64,000 nucleotides of DNA from positions 1 to 64,000 of the forward strand of contig CAVSGI010000014.1 in NCBI GenBank assembly GCA_963727445.1, given 5' to 3'. The position numbers and the translations under genes were made by a program. The stretch is from an uncultured delta proteobacterium. GTDB taxonomy: Bacteria; Myxococcota_A; Polyangia; Polyangiales; B10-G4. The notes below the pieces were generated by a model, which was not told the origin of the DNA, did no database searches, and saw only the letters and a list, made by a program, of their open reading frames with translations. Numbering within the stretch: position 1 is the stretch's first letter; each line of letters starts with the position of its first letter. Below, one piece after another: positions 12,201 through 23,940 of this stretch.

Positions 12201-15200
12201 GCGGGGGATCAGCACCCGAGCCGCCGCGATGCGCGCGTGCCGGTCGTCGCTCGCGACCACCAGCTCGAGCGCGGTGAGCGCGCCCTCGTGGTCCGGCACC
12301 ATCGCATGACCTCGGCGTAGGCCTCGATCGCGCGTTCGACCTCGCCGGTCCGCTGGCGCATCAGCTCCGCGGCACGGAAGCGAAGACCCGCGCGCTCGAC
12401 CGGATCCTCGGTCTGCTCGAGCTCCCGTCCGACCACCTCGAGCAGGTCGTCCCAGCGCTCCGTCTGCTCATAGAGCCGGGCGAGCGCCGCCAGCACGTCG
12501 CGGTCGGCACCGAATCGAGCCAGCGCATCGTTGTAGGCGACGATGGCGTTGTCGGCGTCCTCGAGCTTGTCGTCGTAGATCTCTCCGATGCGCAGCGCGA
12601 TGCGCTTCTGCTCGGCCTCGTCATCGGTGACGTTGTCGTGGCTCGACAGCACGCCGATGAGGCGCTGCCACTGCTCGGCGCGCTCGTAGAGCCGCTCGAG
12701 GGCCTTCATCGCGTCGACGTCGGCCGGGTCGTGATCGAGTCGCTGCCGATGCGCGGCGATGGCGCCGTCGCGGTCCTCGAGGGTGTCCTCGAGGAGGTCC
12801 GCGAGTCGCACGAGCAGTGACTTCTTCTCTTCGACGTCGTGCACGAGCTCCACCTGCCGGCGCAGATCCTGGGCGAGGAGATCGAACTTCTGATGCCGAG
12901 GTGGATGCGCTCGAGGGCCCTCGACGCGGGCAGGACCACGTCGGGGTTGTCTCCGTCGGCCTGGATGAGCCGGGTGTAGGCCTTCTCGGCGTTCGCCGAG
13001 TCGTCGAGCTGCTCGTCGTAGAGCTTGGCGAGCTCCATCAGGAGCTCCGAGACCAGATAGGTGTCGGTCGTGTTCTGGACGGCCTCTTCGAGCACCTCGG
13101 CGCGCTCGCGTCCGCTCCCGAATCGTCGCCACCCGGGCCAGCTCTTCGCGCGCGCGACCGTCCGCGGGGTCGAGCGCCACGGCACGCGAGAGCGCGCTGA
13201 AGGCCTTGTCGACGTCGTGGTTCTTCACCTCGGCCAGCTCGGCGATGCGGAGCAGGAGCCCCACCTGCGAGCCCGGATCGGACAGATCCTCGAGCTGCAC
13301 CTCGAGGATGCGCGCGAGCTCCGCGTAGGCCCCTTGCGCTTCGTAGAGCGGCTCGAGGATGGCGGCGATGCGCTGGCGCTGCGGCGGCACCGAGATCAAG
13401 CGCTCGAGCGCCTCCTGAGAGCGAAGGTGCGTCGGGTTCTCCGCCAGGACCTGCTCGTAGTAGTCGACCGCGGTGGCCGGCTCTTCGAGCTTCTGCTCGT
13501 ACAGCGTCGCGAGCTCGAAGTTGGCATCGAGGAGGTCCTGCCCTTCGGCGCCGTCGAGCTCCTGACGGAGGAGCGCCGCGAGATCGCGCCAGCGCTCGGT
13601 GCGGCGGTAGAGCCGGTCGAGGGCCCGACGGCTGACCACGTGATCGGGCTCGAGCTCGACCACGTCTTGGTAGGCGCGGATCGCGAGCTCCGGATCGTCG
13701 AGGAGCTCCTCGAAGAGGAAGCAGACCTGAAGCAGCAGCTCGCGCTTCTGGTCGCCGTCGATGGTGTGGGCGATGCGGTTGCGGTAGAGGACCTGCAGGT
13801 CGTCCCACTTCTCGCCGTCGGTGAAGATCTGCTTCAGCGCTTCGAAGGCGCGCTCGTCGAGGGGATCCTGCGCCAGCACCAGCCGGTGGAAGGGCTCGGC
13901 AGAGGAAGGGTTGCCGAGGATCTCGTCGAAGATGGTCGCGGCGCGCGTCGCGAGCTCGCGCACGACCTCCGGGTCGAGCCCCCCTTCGTCGATGGCCATC
14001 GCATACGCGGCCGCGAGCGCTTCGTGCTTGCCCGCGCGCTCCGCCGCGTCGGTGATCCAATCCCAGAGCTCGGCGTCCGAGGGCCGCGCGAGGAAGGCGG
14101 CCTCGATGGCGTAGTAGGCGCCTTCGACGTCACCGAGCTCGGTACCGGCGAGCTCCGCGAGGCGCAGTCTGAGACCCGGATCTCGTCCGGGTCCTCGGCC
14201 TTCTCGAGACGCTTCTCGAGCACGTCGGCGAGCTTCTGATAGCTGGCCTTCGACTCGTACGCGTTCTCGAGGAGTCGGCCGACCTGCACCGACAGCTCCG
14301 GATTCGACTGCGCGAGGGCTTCGAGACCGGCGACCGCCATGTCGTGTCCGGGGGCGAGGCGCAGGACGTCGCTGTATGCGTCCACCGCGCCGGCCGGATC
14401 GGAGAGATGCATCCGCAACAGATCGCCGAGACGGAGGACGAGATCGATGCGCGTCGCGTCGTCGACGTCGAGCTCGCGGCGCCGGCGCAGGACATCGGCG
14501 AGATCGCCGTACCGCTCCGCAGCGCCGTAGAGGCGGTCGAGCGCGGCGAGGGCCTCGCCGTCGGCCGGCTCGATGGTGAGCAGCTGCGCGTAATGACCTA
14601 TCGCGGCGTCGGCGTCGTCGAGAACGTCCTCCTCGAGGGCCGCGAGCTCGCGAAGGCAGCGCACCTTCGTCTCGCCGTCGTCCGCGTGCTCGATCCGGTG
14701 CTGGTAGAGCTTGCGGAGATCGGAGGTGCGATTGTCGGCGCGGTAGAGACGGTCGAGCACCTCGATCGCTTCGGCGTCAGCGGGATCGGACGCGAGGATC
14801 TGCTCGAGCTGCTGGATGGCGTCGTCGGCGCGGCCGAGCTCTTCACCAGCGATGGCCGCCAGGCGGCGCCTCAGGCGCAGCGCCTCGTCTTCCGTGGCCT
14901 CGGAGAGTCGTGCCTGGTAGAGCGCGATCAGCGCTTCGTGCGCCCCTGCGCGGCCCGCCGCCGCTTCGAGCGCCTCGGTGGCCTCTTCGTCCGTCGGGGC
15001 GAGGGCATAGGCTTCCTTGGCCCAGCCGAACGCCGCCTGCTCGTCGGAGAGCCGGTCGACACAGAGACGGCGCAGATCCGTGAGCATCTCGAGACGCGTC
15101 TCGAGGGGGGCCTCCTCGGAGAGGTTTCGGAGCAGGATCTCCCGCATGGCCGCCACGCGCGGCCATTTCTCGTCCTTTTCGTAGATGGGCAGAAGCGCCG

Positions 15201-17540
15201 TCGCCGCGCGGACGTCGTCGGGACGAACGGAGAGCACCCGCTCCTAGTTCCGGAAGGCGCGATGGGGCTCGCCGATGCGGCCCTCGTAGATCTCGGCGGC
15301 GCGCACCGAGAGCTCGACCTTGAGCTCCGCGTCCTCCTCGCGCTCGGCGGCGCTGCCGAGCACGTCGACCAGCCCTTCCCAATCCTCGGTCTCGGCGTAG
15401 AGCGCCTCGAGGCCATCCCAGTCCTCTGCAGCGAGATAGGACTCGCGCAGGGTGCGCGTCGCCCGACCGTTGCGGGGATCGAGGGCGAGGATGCGCTTCC
15501 AGGCGCTGGCGGCCTGCGACGGCTCCGCAGGTGCTCGCCGTAGACCGTGCCCAGCTTGGTCAGGATCTTGATCCGCGCGCTCTCGTCCGCCTCGCGATCG
15601 CGCGCAGCTCGAGGACCTCTGCCAGGGTGCCCCAGTCCTTCTCGCGCTCCGCGAGCCGCTCGAGCGCGTCGATGGCGTCTTCGGTGTCGGGCGCCTGCTC
15701 GACCACCTCGCTCCAGAGCGCGATGGCGTCGGCGTTCTGGTGCAGCCGCTCGCCCGCGAGCTTGGCGAGCTCGATCTTGTTGGCCAGACGGACCTCGGGA
15801 TCGCTGGCGAGCTGCGACTCCTTCTCGAGGACCTCGTAGAGCGAGGTCCAGGCGCGCTTCTTTTCGTAGATCTCCTTGAGCTGCCCGAGCGCGCGACGGT
15901 TCTCGGGCTCGATCGCGACGACTTCTTCGAGCGGCTCGGTCGCCTGGTTGTAGTTGGCGAAGTGCTCGATCCAGAGATCCGCCACCCGCTGGTAGAGCGC
16001 GACCTTCTTGGTGGGATCGTCGGCCCCATCCGCCTGCCGCGTGAGCACCTGGATCAGGTCGTTCCAGCGGCCCATCGACTCGTAGGTGCGCGACAGCGCC
16101 GCGAGCGCGTCGCGTCGTCGGGGACGTGGGTGAGGATGGCGTTGTAGGTGTTGATCACCATCACGTCGAGGGCGAGCTTGTCCCGGTAGATCGGGACGAT
16201 CTCGCGCAGCAGCTCGACCTTGCGCTCGGCTTCCTCGTCCGGGAGCGAATCGATCTCGGCCTTCAGGAGCTCGACCAGGGCGTTCCACTTCTCGGCCTTG
16301 GCGTAGAGCTCGCGGAGCGCCGCGCGCGCCTCGGTGTGCTCGGGTGCCTGTCGCTGCACCGCCTTCCACGCGTCGACCGCGCGCTCCACCGTCGCGTCGC
16401 TGCTCTGCGCCGTGCGCGCAGCTCCACCGCGAGCTGGAGCTTCTGCTCCGGGTCCTCGGTGACGCGCTGCGCGTCAGCGAGGATGGTGAGCAGGCGCTGC
16501 GGATCCTCCGACGACGCCAGGTACTCGCGGTAGAAGTAGAGCATCCCCGGGTGCGCGGGATCGATCTTGCGCAGGCGATCGAAGTAGGGCTCGGCCTCGT
16601 CGGGGGCGGTGCGAATGCGCCAGTGCACCATGCCGAGCTGCAGCAGGATCCCCGGCTCGTCCTCGAGCTTGTGCCGGCTGCGCAGCGCGTCCTCGTAGAG
16701 CGCGACCAGACTGTCCCAGTCCTCGCGCTCGGTGAAGTACTCGACCAGGAAGCGAAGCGCCTCCTCGTGACCGGGAGAGAAGTCGAGAACCCGCTCGTAG
16801 CAGGACGCCGCGCTCTCCTCGTTCTCGAGGCGTCGGGTGAACACCCGCGCCGCGCGGACGTAGAGGTTGAGCTTTTCGTCCCGGTTGCGGGCGTGATCGG
16901 CGGCTTCGGTGAGGACCTTGGCGAGCGCCTCGAAGTTCTCGCGCGCGCGGAGCGTCTCGGCATAGAGGCGCGCAGTGCGGGTGGAGGCGGGATCGGCCTC
17001 GAGCGCCGCGGTGAAGAGCTTGTCCACCTCCTTGTCCCGGCCCCGCTTCTTGTACTGCCAGATCAGGGACGCGGCACGGGTCAACAGCGACGTCTTGAGC
17101 GTGGCGTCCGAGGCGTTGTTCGCCTCCTCCACGAAGCGCTTGGCGATCTGCTTCCAGTTCTCCGCGGTCTGTTCGACCTGCTCGATGGCCTCTTCGACCT
17201 CCGTGTCGTTGGGGCGCAGCTCGAGGGCGCGCTGGAAGGCGCCCTTCGCGCCTTCGTCGTCGAGGAGCTCTTCGTGGCGGATGCGGCCGAGCTCCTTGAA
17301 GAGCGCCGCTTCCAGATCGGGATCACTGCTGATGAGTGGGGCTTCGATCTCGATCAGCCAGGCCGCGGCGCGCAGCTCGCCGCGCTGCTCGTGCGACATC
17401 CGAGCCATCTCGAGGAGGCGCACTGGGTCCTCCTCCTTCGACCCGTTGGAGAGCACGTCGCGCAGACCCTGGATGGCCGACTCGTCGTCGGGGTCGTCCT
17501 GCAACATGCCCAGATAGTTCGAGAGCGTGAGCGAGCCCAT
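9222..17540 (-). CDS. Giant TPR-repeat protein (adventurous gliding protein AgmK-like), at least about 2700 aa, many frameshifts, truncated by the mosaic
   Basis: Consecutive minus ORFs 16263..17540, 16054..16389, 13834..15237, 12209..13999, 11328..12302 and 9922..11601 all carry AxxALxRLYxxxERWxDL TPR units; start MGSLTLSNYLGMLQDDPDD preceded by GGAG. Confidence 0.8.
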
Positions 17541-17734
17541 CGATTCTCCTGTCCCTTCGACTTCGGAGCGAGCTTTGGCCCCCCGTGGCTACGATCCGCC
17601 CCTGCCACGGAAAACCGAAAAGGTGAGAGATTCCAAAGATAAGCGAGTCCCGATCCGGGACCGGCGATGGTACCCGTCACCACCCCGGCCAAACAAGCCT
17701 TGAATGCGGCCTCGCCGGGACTTTCGCGCGGGCT

Positions 17735-18343
17735 TCAGCCGGCGCCGGGCCGGCGCAGCAAGCCTATGATGTGCTTCACCAATTCCGGTGTGATCCGACG
17801 GATGATGGAGACCAGATCCGTCGGCTCGCCCGGCGAGGGCATCAGCCCGTCGATCAGCTTCGCCGCGGCGCGGTAACTCTCCCCCACCCGCGCCACCCGC
17901 GATGACAGCGCGGGGGCGTCGGCGACCTCCCCCAGCGCCGACAGCTCGCTGGCCATCTGCGTGAGCTCGGCGGACTTGTCGCCGAGGCTGTGGCTCAGGT
18001 GTCGGGCGAAGGCGACGACGAGCACGTCGGGATAGGCGCCCGCCAGCTCGTAGTGGTCCCGCGCCGAGCCGCTGACGCGTACCCGCCTCACGATCCCGAG
18101 CGACTCGAGCGCCTTGAGGTTGTTGAAGACGTTGCTCTTGCTCCGCCCCAGCTCCTCGGCCAGGTCGTCCATCGAGCGGGGCTCGTCCCAGAGGATCAGA
18201 CAGGCGACGACCTGACCGCCGAGGCGCGTCACGTTTCGCCAGATGGCGCTGATCTCGGTCCCGACCACCTCGACGAAGGCACGTCGATGCTCGAGGACCG
18301 CTTCCTCTCGTTCGCGCTGACTCGCCTTCTTGCGCGTCGCCAA
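17735..18343 (-). CDS. GbsR/MarR-family winged-helix transcriptional regulator
   Basis: GQVVACLILWDEPRSMDDLAEELGRSKSNVFNNLKALESLGIVRRVRVSGSARDHY. Confidence 0.8.
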   Translation of the reverse strand: MATRKKASQREREEAVLEHRRAFVEVVGTEISAIWRNVTRLGGQVVACLILWDEPRSMDDLAEELGRSKSNVFNNLKALESLGIVRRVRVSGSARDHYELAGAYPDVLVVAFARHLSHSLGDKSAELTQMASELSALGEVADAPALSSRVARVGESYRAAAKLIDGLMPSPGEPTDLVSIIRRITPELVKHIIGLLRRPGAG

Positions 18344-18353
18344 GGCGTCGCCG

Positions 18354-19161
18354 TCAGAACAGGAAGATGGCGCCCGCCCAGGTGAGGGCGCCTAGCGTGA
18401 CCGTGCCGATCGCCATGTGCGTGATCGAGAGCGCATTGAGCGTGTCGTAGTTGTTGGCGCGATCGAGGCCGAAAGACTCGGCGTTGGCGATCACGATGCC
18501 CAGACCGAGCTGCGCGATCATTCCGATGAGATGCACCCACCGCAGGATCTTGTGCATGCGGAGGTTCTTCGCGTAATCGCTGTCGCCTTCATCGAGCCCA
18601 TCCGGGTCGGGCATCATCAACGATAGAGTGAAGGTCGCCGCGTAGAGCGCGGTGGTGAGCATGGCGGAGGTCAGGTGCACCACGGGCGTGCCGCTGCATT
18701 GGCTCTCGCCGAAGATGACGCCGTTGCCAGTGACGCAGGGCGAGTCCTGCAGCGCGCCGAAGTTGTACAGGTTGTGGTACTGGAACCAGCCGAGCAGGAC
18801 GGTGCCCAACATCGACGCCCAGGTGGCGATGCCGAGCGGTTTGTGGATCCGCTGGATCTCCGCCCGGCGGCGCATCATCGCGCCGTACTCCTCCATGGAG
18901 ACGCCGCCATCGTCCGAGTCGCTCTCCGCCTCCGCTGCCTGCGCGGCCGCTTCCTCGGGCGCAGCGACGTCAGCCGCTTCGTCGGCGTCGTCCGCTTCGT
19001 CGGCGTCGTCCGCGGCGATCTCGAAGCGGCGGCAAACCGCCGACGAAAGCAGCCTGCGCAGCCACCGGCGTGAGCGCCGACGGCGCGAGGGCAGCCGGAG
19101 GAGGTGTCAGAGCGAGCCCGAACACCGGAGTGGCGAGCACCAATGCGGTTAGTGTCCCCAT
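18354..19161 (-). CDS. Membrane protein: signal-like N-terminus, acidic linker, four TM helices with His residues; one frameshift near 19030
   Basis: ORFs 18970..19179 and 18354..18896; IHKPLGIATW, VHLTSAML, MHKILRWVHLIG, THMAIGTVT. Confidence 0.65.
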
Positions 19162-19206
19162 CGCCGGGCATCCTAGCAAAGGCTGGCCCGAAAGCCGCCT
19201 CTTGAT

Positions 19207-20126
19207 TCAACGGCGCAAAGATTGCACGCCGGCCTTGTGCACCTTGCCCGGGAGCTCGCGTCCGACCACCGCCTCTGCGACCTGCCCAGCCATCCAGAGC
19301 TTCTCGAGGTCGATCCCCGTGGAGATGCCCATCCCGTGCAGGGTGTAGACGAGATCCTCGGTGGCGAGGTTGCCCGCCGCGCCAGGCGCGTAGGGGCAGC
19401 CGCCGAGGCCACCCACCGAGGCGTCGAAGGTGCGGATGCCCATCTCGAGCCCCACCAGCACGTTGGTGAGGGCCGTCCCGCGGGTGTCGTGCAGATGCAG
19501 CGCGATCTGCTCGGGGGCAGCTTCGAAAGAAAGAGGGAGAGGATGTCCCGGGTCTGTACGGGGGTGCCGACCCCGATGGTGTCTCCGAGGGACACCTGAT
19601 AGCAGCCGAGGCCGAGGAGCTTCTCGGCGATCTCGAAGCCCTTCTTCGGATCGACGTGGCCCTCGTATGGGCAGCCCCAGAGCGTCGAGACGTAGCCGCG
19701 CACGCGGATCCCGGCGTTGACCGCGGGACCCACCACGTCGGCGAAGACGGCGAGGGTATCCGCCACCGTCTTGTTCACGTTCTTGAGGTTGTGGGTCTCG
19801 GAGGCGCTGATGAAGACGCCGATCTCCTCGACCTTCGCGGCCTTCGCCCGCTCGAGGCCGCGAACGTTCGGGCAGAGCGCGCTGAGGGTCACGCCCTCGT
19901 GCTTGGGCACCAGACGCACGACCTCCTCGGCGTCGGCCAGCTGCGGCACCCACTTCGGCGAGACGAAGCTCGAGATCTCGATGCGCCTGAGGCCCGCGTC
20001 GATCAGCGCTTCGATGAGGCGCACCTTGCGGGTCGTCGCGACGGTGACCGCTTCGTTCTGAAGCCCGTCGCGCGGGGAGACCTCGTAGACCGATACCTCC
20101 GCGGGCAGCGACGAGAAGAGGGCCAT
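19207..20126 (-). CDS. Hydroxymethylglutaryl-CoA lyase (one frameshift near 19520)
   Basis: EVSPRDGLQNE, SFVSPKWVPQLAD, SLGDTIGVGTP, ALHLHDTRG, GGLGGCPYAPGAAGNLATED. Confidence 0.95.
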
Positions 20127-20157
20127 GCGATTGCTATTGCTCCCCCCGGCGCGGCCG

Positions 20158-22140
20158 TCAAGGACTGGCGTGAGCGAGCCCCTCCAGGGGGTAGGGATCG
20201 ACGATGACCGCGAGGCCGTCGTCCCAGTGCGTCCGCATGAACTCGAGCCAGGCGCGAGCCGCCACGGCCGAGCCGGGCGTGCTTCCGTGGGTGGCCATCT
20301 CGACCATGCCGTCCTTCTCGATCACGTCGAATTGCAAGAGCCCCGCGGTGGCGGTTCCGTCCGCCACGTTGCCGCTCACCGGCGTCTCGGTGAGGCCGAC
20401 CAGGCCCGGCACCGGGCGGAGCACCTGCGGCGTGATGGGAACGTCGAGGGCGCGCGCCAGGCTCCAGCTCGCGACGTTCGGAACCGTGTTGTCGTCGAGG
20501 GCCACGCCGAGCAGCATGCTCGGAGGGGGCATGCTGCCGTCGCCGATCAGCCGGTCGCGGAGGATGTGCGGCGCGTAGCTCGCCCCGTCGCCGCGCTCGA
20601 TGATCGTCTGAAGGACGGGGAAGAAGCGCTCGACGTCCCCGGGCGTGGTCCCCGGCGGCGCGAGGAGCACGACGAGCGCGCCGAAATCCACCGACTCGCT
20701 GACGATGCTGGTGACCTTCGCACCCGGCACCGCGAGCATGCCCGCGGTGTAACGGTCGGTGAGGGCCAAGAGCTCGGGGCCCATGATGCCGCCGAGGGAA
20801 GCGCCTAGGTACGCCATCTGCGAGGCGTCGAGATCGACGACGCCGTCACCGTCCGCGTCCAGGCCCGCCTCGATGACGCGGGTGATCTGCAGCTTGTCGT
20901 AGGTGCTCTGGCGGAAGTTGTCGCGGAGCACCAGCCCGTTGACCGCCCGGGTGTCGAGGTCGCCGATGGCGAAGAACTCGAGGACCGTGCTCAAGGTCGC
21001 GCGACCCGGCATGTCGTTGGTCGGATGCTCGCCATGCTGCACCGCCGGGATGGCGATGGTCGCGACGTCCTCGGGCACGGTGTAGCGCGCGAGGGCTTCG
21101 CCCTGGGAGCGGTCGCCGCCGAGGCCGTGACCGAAGAGCACCGTGCGATACGGGGGCGTGCCGTCCCGTGGCAGCCAGACGCGAAGCGGCACCTGGTAGG
21201 AGCTGACGGGGGCTACCGCCGCCGGATCCTGGCGAACGACGCCGTCGGCGTCGCGGTAGTCCCAAGCGGTGAAGGTGCCGTCGCACTGCACCCACGCGGC
21301 GCTGCTGACGCACGCCAGGGGCGCGTCCAGGGCGTAGTCTCGCGAGGCGATGTCAGCCGCGATCGCCAGCGACTGGTTCGTGGTGGACTGGGTGATGAAG
21401 GTGGTGAGGGCCACCAGGTCGTCCACCGACTCGATGACGCCGAGGGAGATGAGGGCGTCGATCGCTTCGCCCAGCTCCGGCGAGGGCGACGCGAGCTCGG
21501 CCGCCATGTCGGCGGAGGGCTCGAGGCATCCGCCTGCGGCGTCCGTGAGGGCACGCGTCAGGAAGACCGCCGCGTGGGTGGTGGCGGGCAGCGGGCGCAT
21601 CGGCGCGAGGATCGGCGTTGCCCCTCCATCGCTGAAGCGCACCTCGACGGGGACGAGCTCCGGCCCTCCGTCGCCGAGCACCACGAAGCCCAGGCCCGCG
21701 GAGGGATCCGCCGTCTCCACACCGCTCGGCACCGCCTCCATGTCGAACGCGCGGCCGAAGCGGAAGTACGCGTCCGCGCTGACACCGAAGCCGTCGAGGT
21801 CCGACAGGTCCTCGGTGAACAGCGGCAGAAAGCCGCTGAGTCGATCCGAGAACGTCGGGTAGTCCTCGGCCAGGAACTGCACACGCTTGCCCGTGACGGT
21901 CGTCGGGTCGTCGACGAGAAGCGCGGGCTCGGGCCAGCGCGTCAGCTCCCCGTCGGTGGTTGAATACATGAGGTCGGTGCAGGTGGGGCCGGCATCGACC
22001 ATCGCGTCACCGCCATCGCCCCCGTCGGCGCCGCCGTCGTCCAAAGGCGCGGAGTCGTCACCGCAAGCGGCGGCTGTGACGACGAAGAAGCCGAGGAGGA
22101 TCGTGGGGAACAGAGGGGGGAGACGAAGGGAAGCGTTCAT
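20158..22140 (-). CDS. Lipoprotein with alpha/beta-hydrolase (lipase-like) domain
   Basis: Lipobox TAAAC, VLFGHGLGG oxyanion motif, YLGASLGG nucleophile elbow, DNTVPN, ATHG. Confidence 0.75.
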   Translation of the reverse strand: MNASLRLPPLFPTILLGFFVVTAAACGDDSAPLDDGGADGGDGGDAMVDAGPTCTDLMYSTTDGELTRWPEPALLVDDPTTVTGKRVQFLAEDYPTFSDRLSGFLPLFTEDLSDLDGFGVSADAYFRFGRAFDMEAVPSGVETADPSAGLGFVVLGDGGPELVPVEVRFSDGGATPILAPMRPLPATTHAAVFLTRALTDAAGGCLEPSADMAAELASPSPELGEAIDALISLGVIESVDDLVALTTFITQSTTNQSLAIAADIASRDYALDAPLACVSSAAWVQCDGTFTAWDYRDADGVVRQDPAAVAPVSSYQVPLRVWLPRDGTPPYRTVLFGHGLGGDRSQGEALARYTVPEDVATIAIPAVQHGEHPTNDMPGRATLSTVLEFFAIGDLDTRAVNGLVLRDNFRQSTYDKLQITRVIEAGLDADGDGVVDLDASQMAYLGASLGGIMGPELLALTDRYTAGMLAVPGAKVTSIVSESVDFGALVVLLAPPGTTPGDVERFFPVLQTIIERGDGASYAPHILRDRLIGDGSMPPPSMLLGVALDDNTVPNVASWSLARALDVPITPQVLRPVPGLVGLTETPVSGNVADGTATAGLLQFDVIEKDGMVEMATHGSTPGSAVAARAWLEFMRTHWDDGLAVIVDPYPLEGLAHASP

Positions 22141-23309
22141 CGGATCACGTCCGTGCGAATGAGGTCTGCATCTTGGCATTGGTAGCGGCGGAGCGACACC
22201 TCCCCCCCGATCGGCGTGGCCACCAGCAGAGCTTGCCCCGTCCAGATGGCCCGCGCATGCGCCGGGGCCAGCTCGTCGGGCAGCAGCGGGGCGAGACCGG
22301 CGGTCGCTTCGCCCAGCGGCACCTGCACGCGCTGACCGTCGGCGGTCAACACGGCGCGCGGCCGTCCTTCGCTGCACTCCACCGTCCGCGTCACGTGGGG
22401 CAGGGGCGTGCGCTCGGTTCCCATCTCGGCGACACGCACCCCGTCGACGAAGCCTCCCTCGCAGCGGCCCAGCATCACCGCGGCGCCCTCCCCCACCCGC
22501 GCGAGGCCGATGGGATCGCAACGGCTCAGCATTTGGTCGGCCTGCGCGTAGCGCGGCTCGAAGCGGATCGCATAGAGGGTCGTCTCGGGGGCGCCGTCCG
22601 TGATCGCGCAGAGCGCGTAGTACCAGGTGCCGTCTGCCCAGACGTAGCCGGGCACCGGCGTCGGGCAGACCTCCGGGATCACCAGCGGCATGCCTTCGCG
22701 CTCCGAGACCCCTTCGGGGCCGATGCGACGCGCGGCGAGGCGCGCGCAGCTCTCACTACCGCCTTCGGCGCAGGGGCCGCGGTCGCGGCGGTAGAGGAGC
22801 GCGAGGGTTCCGTCGGGCGCCCCCGCGAGGGCGACGTTGCCGCGCGTGACCCGCGTGACGACGTCCATCGGACCGAGCTCCGTGGTGGGCGCGAAGGTGG
22901 TTTCGCTCGCGTGGCTGACGCGCACGTAGACCTCCGGCCCCTCTTGCGACGCCCACGCCACCGCGGTGCGTCCGCCTCCGGCCGCCGCGGCGATCTCGAT
23001 GGCGTAAGGGGCGACCGGCGCGCGTCCACGCCAGACGGAGATCGTGTCGCCCGCACGCTCCCCCATCGGCCCGAGCGGATGAGCCGCCACGCCGCCGCCG
23101 TCGTCCGCCGGTGGGCCCACGAACAAGAGTGCCCCCCGGCCCGACGGGACGAGATCGAAGGCCGCAGCGGTGGCCACGCGCTTCGGCGCCAGCACCGGGG
23201 CGGGCGGGGGCGGCGCGGGCGCCGGGCTCGTGTCCGGCGATGGCTCGTCCCCGCAGTCGCATGCACCGAGCGACGCGAGCATCACGAGCGCAGCGAGCCT
23301 CAAGCGCAC
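22137..23309 (-). CDS. Hypothetical lipoprotein, beta-propeller-like
   Basis: MRLRLAALVMLASLGAC lipobox, Pro linker, beta-rich Cys-containing body; overlaps both neighbours. Confidence 0.65.
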   Translation of the reverse strand: MRLRLAALVMLASLGACDCGDEPSPDTSPAPAPPPPAPVLAPKRVATAAAFDLVPSGRGALLFVGPPADDGGGVAAHPLGPMGERAGDTISVWRGRAPVAPYAIEIAAAAGGGRTAVAWASQEGPEVYVRVSHASETTFAPTTELGPMDVVTRVTRGNVALAGAPDGTLALLYRRDRGPCAEGGSESCARLAARRIGPEGVSEREGMPLVIPEVCPTPVPGYVWADGTWYYALCAITDGAPETTLYAIRFEPRYAQADQMLSRCDPIGLARVGEGAAVMLGRCEGGFVDGVRVAEMGTERTPLPHVTRTVECSEGRPRAVLTADGQRVQVPLGEATAGLAPLLPDELAPAHARAIWTGQALLVATPIGGEVSLRRYQCQDADLIRTDVIR

Positions 23310-23503
23310 TCCCACTCCTTGCAGAAGACGACGGCGACGCGCGCGAGGTCTTCACCTTCGTAGCGGGCGCGGCGATGCTCCTCGTTGGGATAGCCGTGTC
23401 CGCACGCCCCGGAGCCCGGCTGGAAGTGGGCGCAGTCCTCGCAAGTGAAGAGCAGCCGAAAGCGTCGAGCCTCCTCGTGGAAGCGGGCGCTTCGGAGCTT
23501 CAC
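23300..23503 (-). CDS. Small Cys-rich protein (CEDC..C..C), 67 aa
   Basis: GTG overlaps rpiB stop (GTGA); FTCEDCAHF, ACGHGYP, VFCKEWE. Confidence 0.7.
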   Translation of the reverse strand: MKLRSARFHEEARRFRLLFTCEDCAHFQPGSGACGHGYPNEEHRRARYEGEDLARVAVVFCKEWECA

Positions 23504-23940
23504 GGCTCGATCTTCGCGACCCGCCGCTCGTGACGGCCGCCCTCGAAGCCCGCGCCGAGGAAGGCGTCGAGGATGTCGAGCGCGAGCCCCTGACCGACGA
23601 CGCGCGCCCCCATGCAGAGCACGTTGGCGTCGTTGTGCATGCGGGACAAGCGGGCGCTGAAGGTGTCGCTGCAGACCACGGCGCGCACGCCGTGGTGACG
23701 GTTGGCGCTCATGCTCATACCGACACCGGTGCCGCAGATCAGCAGGCCGAGCTTTGCTTCGCCCGACACGACCTTCGCCGCCACCGCATGTCCGAAGTCC
23801 GGATAGTCGACGCTGTCCGCCGAGTGGGTGCCCAGGTCGAGGACCTCGTAGCCGCGCTCGGCGAGGGCGGACTTCAGGGCGTCTTTGAGCTCGACGCCCG
23901 CGTGGTCCGCGCCGAGCGCGATCGTCTTTGCCTCAGACAT
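23500..23940 (-). CDS. rpiB: Ribose-5-phosphate isomerase B
   Basis: IALGADHAG, SVDYPDF, ICGTGVGM, HNDANVLCMGARV, FEGGRHERRV. Confidence 0.97.
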   Translation of the reverse strand: MSEAKTIALGADHAGVELKDALKSALAERGYEVLDLGTHSADSVDYPDFGHAVAAKVVSGEAKLGLLICGTGVGMSMSANRHHGVRAVVCSDTFSARLSRMHNDANVLCMGARVVGQGLALDILDAFLGAGFEGGRHERRVAKIEP

